Part shown: positions 50,133-57,968 of the stretch, piece by piece | How positions within the stretch are numbered: position 1 is the first letter of the stretch | How the letters are laid out: each line of letters begins with the position of its first letter | Assembly (NCBI GenBank): GCA_016209525.1 | Contig: JACQWK010000220.1 | Span: forward strand, 32,842-96,841 | Direction: 5' to 3' | DNA length: 64,000 nt | Source: Verrucomicrobiota bacterium | GTDB taxonomy: Bacteria > Verrucomicrobiota > Verrucomicrobiia > Limisphaerales > SIBE01 | Translations under genes and position numbers: made by a program | The notes under the pieces: model-generated | Seen by the model: only the letters and a program-made list of their open reading frames with translations | Databases searched by the model: none | Told to the model about the DNA's origin: nothing

Positions 50133-50560
50133 CAGTCGTTCATGAAGGCCGCCGAGCAGTTCCCGCGTGCCTTGGGACCATGAACCGGGTTGGAGCGCCG
50201 GCCTCCGGCCCGGCCCGTTGCGATCCAGTGCCGGTTTCGCGCCGGGCCGGAGGGCGGCGCCCCGGTTCATCGAGATCCTCCAAGCCCTCGGGGCGTGCCT
50301 GGGGACCGTGAACCGAGAATGGGCCCGGAGCGCGGGCGGCTCGCCCGCACCTTCGGACCAGGGCGAGAAACTCGCGGGCGAGCCGCCCGCGCTCCAATCA
50401 GGCGGTTCATGGAGAGCCTCCAAGCCCAAGAGGCGTGCATTGGGACCATGAACCGAAGCCGCCGACGTGAGGAGGCGGATATTGGTTTCACCCACGTCTT
50501 CCGCTTCGTTACCTCGGCGGCTGCGAACCGTCGGTTCAAGGAGAGCGCCCACGCAACAGC
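50133..50560. repeat. Array of stacked REP hairpins
   Basis: Three to four units of CGGTTCAT..N..GGGACCATGAACCG (50133-50186, 50263-50315, 50403-50455, partial from 50532). They are interleaved with a perfect 22-bp inverted repeat (GGAGCGCGGGCGGCTCGCCCGC 50327-50348 / 50374-50395) and family 1 copy c (50455-50524). Confidence 0.8.
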
Positions 50561-50898
50561 ACGGTAGTAAGGGGCCAGTATCAACCGGGCGACGACGGCC
50601 AGCGCTTTCTCGTGAACATTCTGAGTGAGCAAACGGCCGCACCGCGAACGCTCACCGTCGTGCTGAACTGGGCGTCGCTCGTGGAGAAGAAATGATCGGC
50701 GCCCGTCTGAAGAATCATAGCCGTCGACGTGCGGAGGCTCTGGACGATCTGCAATTCTAAATTGGAGATTTCACATTCTCGGTAAGGCGAAGCGTCCCTG
50801 CTGAGCCGGTCACGCAACATGGCTTCAAAAACTTGTCGGCTCGCCGGGACGGACTCGCCCTACCGCTTAGAATGCTGAATTTAACAGTAGTGTACACG

Positions 50899-51068
50899 GG
50901 CCCTCTCCCTTGGGGAGAGGGAGGAGTGTTCACTGCGGCTCGACCAGGCGGACCTGGGCAGTTTTTCCATACGCGAGCGGTGCTGTTTCCCTCTCCCTGG
51001 GGAGAGATCGCAGGATAGATTGCATTTCCTTCCCCCTCACCCCGGCCCTCTCCCCCGGGGAGAGGGAG
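50899..51068. repeat. Three CCCTCTCCC..GGGGAGAGGG hairpins
   Basis: 50899-50924, 50989-51006 and 51036-51068 (CTCACCCCGGCCCTCTCCCCCGGGGAGAGGGAG). Confidence 0.7.
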
Positions 51069-51297
51069 AAACGTTCGCCGCAGCTTGGCTGTGCGTGGCT
51101 CAACGATTAACCAACTGCGCGAGGAGGGCGACGGATTCGTCGTAGGCGGCTTTGTAGGTGTAGTCGGGCGGGCCGTCGCAGGTGGCAAGGCGCTTGGCTT
51201 CGGCGGCGTGGTGCAGGGCGGTCTCGCGTTGGGCGGGAGTGGCGCGCTTGATGGCCTCGCTCAAGGTTTCCGGTAGGGGCGCGTTGCCGCGCGTCCC

Positions 51298-53064
51298 TTA
51301 TATTTGGGCCGAACGGCAGCTTGGCCCTACCGAGTAGAAGTCCAGGGCGAGCTTGGAGAGTTCGAGGTGAGCGTCCGCGCCTTGCAGGACGTAGCCGCTG
51401 CGCTCAGTGATGAGCAGCGCCTCCTCGGCCAAGCGCCGGGCCTCGTCCGGCGCGCCGGTGACGGCGCGCAGCCGCGCCAGGTCAATGAGGATGTTGGCTT
51501 CGTGGTCCACCATGTTGATGCGGCGGCAGCGTTCCAGCGCTTCGTGCAGGTGGCGCTCGGCTTCGTCGTGCTGTCCGGCGACGCGATGGGCCGCGCCCAG
51601 CAGCCAGTGGGAGCGGATGTAATCGCGCGCGTTTGGACGGTCGGTGCGTGCGTCCTCATCCGCCAGTTCCAGTGCGCGGCGAGCCAGCGGGATTGCCAAT
51701 TTGCGATTTGCGATTTGCGATTGCCGAAGCTCCATCTCGCGCAGCGTGAGTAGTTCGCGAAGGGCGCGGTGGGCAGAGTTTACACCATGCCCTTGCAGAT
51801 TCTCGCGCCAGACCTTGATCTTCAGCGCCGTCGCCAGTTCCATTTCCGATTTATGGTATACCCCGCGGTAGGCCAGAAGCCTGCCCAATTCCTGGTGCCC
51901 AATCGCCTCATGCCACTCGTCCTTGATCTCCCGGCTAAGCGCGAAGCGGCGGCGCAGGTTGGCCTCGGCGTCCCGCAGCGCGCCAATGGGCATGCATGCG
52001 GCGTAAGCAACGGCCCCCAAGCCGATGGCGAGGTTGCGCTTGTCGCCGTGTCGCTCGCGGATGGCGTTCGACTGCTCGTACAGCGGCACGGCGCGGCGGG
52101 GCTGGCCACTGAGGCTGTAGGCGTTCGCAAGTTCGTTCAAGGCGTGAGCTTGATCGCTTTCGTCTTCCAGGCGTGGCAGGGGTTGTTCGCCTCCAGGGAA
52201 GAGCGCACGCAGCAGGTCAATTTGAACGAGGTAGCCGCCAAGTTGGTAGTAAAGCGTTTGCCAGATTCTGTCGCGAAAAAGCGTCCACGCCTCGTCAAAC
52301 TGTCCGGCGCGGACGGTGTGGTGATAGAGTTCGATCACCGGGGCCAGGTCTTCCAGGCTCTTTACCTTGTCCGGCCGGGGCACGGCGGCGAAGTAATCGC
52401 GCAGGCGGACGTGGGCGGCGGCGCGATCGGGCGCGGCCAGCCGGTCGTAGGCATAGCGGCGCACGATGGGGTGCAGGTCGAACCGGGCCTCTTTGGTGTC
52501 GTGGTGCAGCAGCCCGCGCGCGACGAGATCGCGGAGGTCGGTGTCGAGGTTCGCCGCATCGGAGCGCCGGTCTCCGACCCGGCCCGCTGCCGGACTGGAA
52601 TCTCGCCGGGCCGGAGGCCGGCGCTCCGACTCCGGCGGCTTGCCCACCGCGGTGAGGAGCTGGCGCCAGGCGATATCAAAGTCCGCGCCCTCGGTGAAGT
52701 CGATGTGAGTGAGCGCCGCAATGAAGTCCGCATCCTCGGGGAAATCGCATGGCCGAAAGAGTAGAGGGATGGTGCGCGACTCACGTCCGGAAGGCTTTCC
52801 TTGCCGGCCAAGCAGGCCTTCGAACATCGTCCATTCGCTGGCGAACCAGTCCTTCGAAATGACCAGCAGGCTGCGGCGGCTGCGGCGGACGGCGTCCTGC
52901 ATGTTGAGCAAGGCATTTCGACCAGCCTGGAAGTCACGGAAATCAATGCATACCTTCAATCCCGCTGTTTCGAGGCGCGGCAGCAGCTTCCCCCTCACCC
53001 ACGCCTTGTCGCGGCTGCTGTACGAGATGAAGACATCGAACTCGTATTCCGGTTGGTCTGGCAC
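51298..53064 (-). CDS. TIR domain - winged-helix - TPR protein (no NTPase domain)
   Basis: ORF 51298..53094; GTG 53064 has a GGAGG 7 nt upstream. TIR region: EYEFDVFISYSSRDKAWVRGKLLPRLETAGLKVCIDFRDFQAGRN..RRSLLVISKDWFASEWTMFE. STAND-type WH: LRDLVARGLLHHDTKEARFDLHPIVRRYAYDRL. About 380 aa of TPR-like helices follow. No GxxxxGK[ST] anywhere. Confidence 0.85.
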   Translation of the reverse strand: MPDQPEYEFDVFISYSSRDKAWVRGKLLPRLETAGLKVCIDFRDFQAGRNALLNMQDAVRRSRRSLLVISKDWFASEWTMFEGLLGRQGKPSGRESRTIPLLFRPCDFPEDADFIAALTHIDFTEGADFDIAWRQLLTAVGKPPESERRPPARRDSSPAAGRVGDRRSDAANLDTDLRDLVARGLLHHDTKEARFDLHPIVRRYAYDRLAAPDRAAAHVRLRDYFAAVPRPDKVKSLEDLAPVIELYHHTVRAGQFDEAWTLFRDRIWQTLYYQLGGYLVQIDLLRALFPGGEQPLPRLEDESDQAHALNELANAYSLSGQPRRAVPLYEQSNAIRERHGDKRNLAIGLGAVAYAACMPIGALRDAEANLRRRFALSREIKDEWHEAIGHQELGRLLAYRGVYHKSEMELATALKIKVWRENLQGHGVNSAHRALRELLTLREMELRQSQIANRKLAIPLARRALELADEDARTDRPNARDYIRSHWLLGAAHRVAGQHDEAERHLHEALERCRRINMVDHEANILIDLARLRAVTGAPDEARRLAEEALLITERSGYVLQGADAHLELSKLALDFYSVGPSCRSAQI

Positions 53065-53139
53065 GAATTTACCTCCGACCTGATGGGCTCCCAAGGCTCA
53101 TTGGAATTGTATGATAAACATCCCTGCGGGCGCCGCCGA

Positions 53140-53727
53140 TCACAAAGAGCGAACGTCGCGCAAAATGAAGATGACGTAGCTTTGGAGGCCTTCGCGCTCG
53201 GCCGTGAGTTTGCCCAGGTAAACACCGCTCAGCCAGTCGCGCGGAATCTTCAGCGACGCGCACGGCTCCCATTGGCAATCACGCACCCGCTTTGGGCCGA
53301 TGGGCGGATCGGCTTGTGTCGTCCCGTGGAACGGCCCCACCGTGAGCAGATGCCGTCCGCCTATGCCGCCGTAGTATCCCATGCGATAGAGATCGATGGT
53401 GAACGCCGACGCCGGATTCGCGCTGACGAAGAACCGGATCGTTTCGCCCGCGCGAAGGCTCGTGTCCGAGCAGAAGCCTTCAATCCAAGGGCATCGATAT
53501 TTGGTGGCGAGATCAATCCTCGTATTCTTCAACATCCAGTCGCGCGTGCCGGGCTTTTGGTTTTCGCGCTGGACTCGGTCGCTTCGCGACGATGTCTCGA
53601 GGGACGCGCAACCTGGCCACATGGCAGCCGCGCCCAATCCCATGGCGCCCTTGAGCAAATTGCGACGAGCGATGCCGTTTGAGTCCTGCGATCCGGGCGA
53701 AGTCGTGGGAGTGTGTTTGTGTTGCAT
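53140..53727 (-). pseudogene. N-terminal fragment (Tat signal plus first domain) of an N,N-dimethylformamidase-beta-subunit-like family protein
   Basis: RRNLLKGAMGLGAAAMWPGCA, then IEGFCSDTSLRAGETIRFFVSANP..IDLYRMGYYGGIGGRH..IPRDWLSGVYLGKLTAE..SYVIFILRD. It stops after 195 aa, whereas from memory family members continue for several hundred residues. Confidence 0.55.
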
Positions 53728-54123
53728 AAGCGAAGTGGTCTAGGCATTCGGCCAGCACGCGAGCAGATTGGCAATCCTCCGTAGCAGGAGAGTCACCCCT
53801 GATTCATGGCTGCGCCGCAGCGCAGCCCTGCCGAGCACTGATTATTCATGGCTGAATCGGCCATTTTCGAGGCCCAAGGCGTTCGCATAGCTAATCTCCA
53901 GTCCATGCTTTCGAGTTTCTGTAGGACGAGCTGGTGTTCGTAATGTCGCAGCATATCGCGGAGAACCGGTAGGTTGCTTCGTGGTTTTGAAGTTGTCGGT
54001 TGAACAAATACCAGGTAGAAGGAATCGCAATGGTGATGCCATGACTGTAGCGCTAATCACGGTTAAAGCTCGGCATGGCTTCTTAAGGACAGCGAAACCG
54101 AGCCTGCTAGAAAGAGGACGGCC

Positions 54124-54864
54124 ATGTTCGATGCCGAGAAATATACCGATGTCCAAAAAACAATTGGCTGCGCCAACGGCGCTTTGATCGTCGCGTTGCT
54201 GGTCGTCTGCTACATGTTTGTACTTTCACCTGGGGACAAGGCGGCGATCGAGGGAGTCCTAGGCAAGCTTAAGAGTGCCTTGGTCGGTTCAATAGTTTCT
54301 CTCGCACTGGTAGGCGCGGTTTGGGCTTACCTGACCAGCGCCTTGATCAGACTCCACGACGGTGTATACGAACCCCACCTCGTAAAATGGCGTGCCAGCT
54401 ATGATTCAGATTTCATACTGCGAAGCCTTTGTGCCGATTATTCCCATCTGATCGACCGGGCCGCGTTTGAAAAGGCCTACCGCGACCGTGTCCTTCGCGA
54501 CAAGATGATGTCACGACTCTTTTACAGTTTTGTCGGTGATTTCGAGAAGAATCATGCTGGGTTGCTGAGCCACTTTTATACGAACATTCGAGACTATTGG
54601 ATCATTGTGACCGCTGAGCTCTATTGCCTCGCAGGGTTGATCGCGTTTTCAGCTTACGGTGCTTTTAGAGACTATCGGAAAAGCACCTTGGTCAGCTTGT
54701 TGGTTCTCGTCCTGCTCGCGGTTGGCCTAAGATTGTGGTCGAAGCGGTATCTCGACACAGCCAGACAGTTTACGAGCGAGCAGGTATCCGTGATTCTTAC
54801 GGAACACAAGAAGGACTTCGAACAAAGACTCGAGAAGCTGGCCAATGAGGAGAGGCTGAAGTAG
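54124..54864 (+). CDS. Uncharacterised four-TM membrane protein
   Basis: ATG is preceded by GAGGACGG. TM pairs: ALIVALLVVCYMFVL / LVGSIVSLALVGAVWAYL and YWIIVTAELYCLAGLIAFSAY / LVSLLVLVLLAVGLRLW. A soluble loop lies between them. Codon usage is visibly AT-richer. Confidence 0.7.
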   Translation: MFDAEKYTDVQKTIGCANGALIVALLVVCYMFVLSPGDKAAIEGVLGKLKSALVGSIVSLALVGAVWAYLTSALIRLHDGVYEPHLVKWRASYDSDFILRSLCADYSHLIDRAAFEKAYRDRVLRDKMMSRLFYSFVGDFEKNHAGLLSHFYTNIRDYWIIVTAELYCLAGLIAFSAYGAFRDYRKSTLVSLLVLVLLAVGLRLWSKRYLDTARQFTSEQVSVILTEHKKDFEQRLEKLANEERLK

Positions 54865-54873
54865 AGGACGGGT

Positions 54874-55539
54874 TTGAAGCGAATAATCCAGACAGAACTC
54901 TCGGCACTGGGAATTCGAAAAGCATCAAGTCCCCGACTGAAACCTTTAATCGCAAGATTAGCCGAATTACAGGATGCAGGGCTTCTCTCGCATGACCCTT
55001 TGATCGTAGATCAAGGTTGTGGGCAACTCCGGATAACGAAAGAACTTCTCAAGCATTATCATCGCATCGTTGTCGTCGAGACAGACTTCCAGCTCTCGCG
55101 TAAGCACAAGTTCTTTGACGAGAAGTTGACAATCCCCGAGTTCCTCAAGTTGAGATGGTCGAACCACCGTATCGAAGTAATGTCGTCGACACGCTTTGCG
55201 AAATCACAGCTCCGGGCCGACGTCGTGTTTTCAGTCAATGTGCTCGACGTCACACCTCCGCACACCAGAGGCTCGATATTGAGGGCCGCTAGGCAAAACA
55301 TTTCGCAAAATGGCGTTTTTGCAGTTATCGTTCCGAAGAACGAAAGTTGGACACTTCGGCTATGCACGAAGGAGCGTAAACACGCGGATGGTTTCGTTTT
55401 CTCAAATCATCGGGCTCACACTTTCTACAAGAACTGGCAAGCCGCGCCTTTGAGAAAGTTGCTCAAGAGGTATGGTTTTCTGGTTTGGGAGGATCTTTCA
55501 CGCTTTCGCATCGCGTGTTTGATCTGCAAGCCGTGCTGA
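54874..55539 (+). CDS. Class-I SAM-dependent methyltransferase-like protein
   Basis: TTG start with GAGGA 5-9 nt upstream and no upstream ATG. Motif I-like LIVDQGCGQLR, acidic post-I IVVVETD, ADVVFSVNVLDV and ISQNGVFAVIVP. Confidence 0.6.
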   Translation: MKRIIQTELSALGIRKASSPRLKPLIARLAELQDAGLLSHDPLIVDQGCGQLRITKELLKHYHRIVVVETDFQLSRKHKFFDEKLTIPEFLKLRWSNHRIEVMSSTRFAKSQLRADVVFSVNVLDVTPPHTRGSILRAARQNISQNGVFAVIVPKNESWTLRLCTKERKHADGFVFSNHRAHTFYKNWQAAPLRKLLKRYGFLVWEDLSRFRIACLICKPC

Positions 55540-55746
55540 TCTCGGCCTGCCTTTTTCTTGGCCCTACGCCTTCGCACCGTTATTCTCAAGTCCGTGCTGG
55601 GAGAACGAATAGCTTTCAGGCGTCTCCAGAAGCCGTACGGGTCCCGGTTAGTGTCGGTAACTGTCGCTTGGCTGGCCGTCACGCAGCTCGCGCAGGGGAC
55701 GAATGGCGATCGAGTCGGCGAAGGGACAACCACCCGTCGAGACAGG

Positions 55747-56730
55747 ATGCTTTCTTCGGCGTTGGCGACAGGAACAGCTCAACTCTTCCTTCGTGCCAGT
55801 CAACTTGGTTACTGCCCCGCTGATCCGAAGAACGCAATGGCGTTCGGCGACGGTCCCCTTCCCGAGCATTTCGCCGTCGTGGACGCCGCGTCTGGCAAGG
55901 AAGTGTTCCGCGGCGTGCCAAAACCATTACCCGGCGAGCACTGGGGCCGATTCCAGAATCACGCCGAATTGGACTTCACAGCGCTCCGCAGCCCTGGCCG
56001 GTTTCGCGTCGCGATGGGCGGATTTAGTTCGCACCCCTTCGTCATCGCCGCCGACGCGTTCGCAACGCTCCCCGATGCCTGCCTTGAGTTCATGCGCCAG
56101 CAACGCTGCGGCAACAATCCGTGGCTCGGCACAAATTGCCATCAACTTGACGGGCGCACTGCCTATGGCCCCGTGCCCGCCGGTACACCAATCGACGCCC
56201 GCGGGGGCTGGCATGATGCGGGCGACCTGTTAAAATATCTGCTCACCTCCGGCAACGCGACCGCCCAGATGCTCCTGGCGTGGCAACTCACCAACTCCGC
56301 CTCTGGTGACCGAGTTGACGCCCTGGGCAATCCCCGCACAAACGGCATCCCGGACATCCTCGACGAAGCACGCTGGGGACTCGACTGGATGCTCAAGCTT
56401 CATCCGGCGCCGGACCAACTCTATCACCAAGTCGCCGACGACCGCGATCACATCGGCTTCCGCTTGCCCCAAAACGAAACCGCAGATTACGGCTGGGGCA
56501 AAGGCGGGCCGCGCGTTGTGTATGCCGCGGATGGCCAAGCCCAGGGTCTTTCTCAGTTCAAGAGCGCATCGACCGGCCTGGCCAATCTCGCGGGCCGTCA
56601 CGCCGCGGCGCTCGCGCTTGCTTGGCAAGTCTGGCAGAACGACTTCCACGATTACTCCACTAACGAGCCCACGATGGACGGCACGGCTTCGGCATTGCTG
56701 CTTTGGTCGCTCTGCAATTACGCACGCTAA
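55747..56730 (+). pseudogene. Glycoside hydrolase family 9 gene with large internal in-frame deletion and no signal peptide
   Basis: Ig-like N-domain (QLGYCPADPK..FAVVDAASGKEVF..PGRFRVAMGG..SHPFVI). GH9 motifs GGWHDAGDLLKY and DILDEARWGLDWMLK. AAALALAWQVWQN is then joined directly to the family C-terminus DYSTNEPTMDGTASALLLW. Confidence 0.6.
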
Positions 56731-56759
56731 CGATCGCGTGATTATTCAAAGGTGATGGT

Positions 56760-56903
56760 GAGCGCACGCGCCCTCGCGTGCACTGGCCGGCGCATACGCC
56801 GACCACACTCGCATGTTGGAACGAGTCACGCTTTCGTGCCCCAATCACGCACCCGTTCCGACTGGCGGGGCGCCGGTCGGAACACGCGAGGGCGCGTGCG
56901 CTC
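56760..56903. repeat. MITE-like element bounded by perfect 21-bp inverted repeats
   Basis: GAGCGCACGCGCCCTCGCGTG (56760-56780) and CACGCGAGGGCGCGTGCGCTC (56883-56903), 102 nt apart. Inner hairpin GTTCCGAC..GTCGGAAC lies at 56855-56883. Confidence 0.75.
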
Positions 56904-56957
56904 CCTGATCCTCACTGCAAAGCCACCGCCGAAAACAGCTTCCCGGATTTGCCTCGA

Positions 56958-57806
56958 CTACTTCAAATCCCCTTGCCGGTCTTTCACCCAATCGATGTCG
57001 TTCTTGTCCGGCTGGGTGTCGCACTTGAAGACGCCGGCATGGCGGTCTTTAAAAAGCGCCTTTTGCCATTCGGCGCTGCGGAGTTTGCCGATCCAGCGCT
57101 TGATCTCCGAATGGCCATCCAGGAACGCGAAGCCGCAAGCGCCGTTGTGATAAGTGGCCGGAATGTCGCACCAACCGTAGAGCCCGCCGTATCCGTTGAG
57201 CGTGGCAATGTAATAACCGTCGTTGATGGAATCCGGGTGCTCATCCAACAACACAATGAGCTGCGACGGACCGCGTTTCTTCGGATCCGTGCTCTTCTTC
57301 CATCCCACCCAAGTGTTGAAACCGGACCGATCATCGTCAACACCGGAAAACGCGTTCATAGCGACGCTGCGCGCGCGCGCGGTCCATCCCTTTGCGCGTT
57401 GAGCCGGGCTGACCTGGTTGTCGGCCGGACAGCGATAAACATTCTGGGACTTGCCGATGTAATCCGCCAAGACCGCTTTCTTCGGGTCGATGAGGGCCGC
57501 GAAATTCGTGTTGATCGGAGTCGTCCCCCAATCGAGCCACGTGTTGTCGATCCAGGTTTGCGCGCTCGGCACCACGTCCGAGTAATCGTTGGCATACATC
57601 AGATACCCGTGCAGGAGCTGGCGGGTGTTATTCATGCACGCGATTCCCGTCGCTTTGGCTTTGGCCTTGGCGAGCGCGGGCAACAGCATGCTCGCCAGGA
57701 CCGCGATGATGGCGATGACGACGAGCAGCTCGATTAAGGTGAAAGCGCCGCGAGAAAGTGAGCGCCGATTGATTCCATCCGAAGGGCAAGTGATCCGCGA
57801 ATTCAT
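56958..57806 (-). CDS. Prepilin-type N-terminal cleavage/methylation domain protein with H-X9-DG motif
   Basis: [44 protein letters not shown] and [19 protein letters not shown]. Confidence 0.9.
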   Translation of the reverse strand: MNSRITCPSDGINRRSLSRGAFTLIELLVVIAIIAVLASMLLPALAKAKAKATGIACMNNTRQLLHGYLMYANDYSDVVPSAQTWIDNTWLDWGTTPINTNFAALIDPKKAVLADYIGKSQNVYRCPADNQVSPAQRAKGWTARARSVAMNAFSGVDDDRSGFNTWVGWKKSTDPKKRGPSQLIVLLDEHPDSINDGYYIATLNGYGGLYGWCDIPATYHNGACGFAFLDGHSEIKRWIGKLRSAEWQKALFKDRHAGVFKCDTQPDKNDIDWVKDRQGDLK

Positions 57807-57968
57807 AAATTAGTGCTGTGTTAGCTTCTACCCTAGCAGGGTTCTTTACTCCGGTCCAAGGGAATTCAAAGACGCTGGTTTCATCGCGGCACTCGCGGCC
57901 ATTCCGGCCGGCAGGTTGCCGACCGGGGCGGACAGGTTGCCCGCGCCGCCCATTTTTGAAACAGGCTC

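Noticed and set aside
50133-50560. Possible CRISPR array, because of regularly recurring ~50-bp units
   Set aside because: The units are themselves long inverted repeats. The 'spacers' are also palindromic and related to repeats elsewhere in the window. Spacing is irregular, and there are no cas genes. This fits REP/MITE-type hairpins, not CRISPR.
49620-51300. Stop-codon reassignment as an explanation for the two in-frame stops (TAG in C/D, TAA in the TIR gene)
   Set aside because: All three stop codons terminate well-conserved housekeeping genes at their expected ends in this same window: sdhB with TAG, kdsB with TAA, and pyrG, folC and pyrE with TGA. A recoded genetic code is therefore unlikely.
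53842-54156. 104-aa minus-strand ORF, with a neighbouring frame reading ..LPVLRDMLRHYEHQLVLQKLESMDW.. and ..ISYANALGLENGRFSHE*. These resemble the C-terminal Fis-type HTH of sigma-54 activators.
   Set aside because: The resemblance requires a frameshift. There is no start codon or upstream AAA+ domain, and the similarity is weak. At most it is a gene remnant, so it is not called as a feature.
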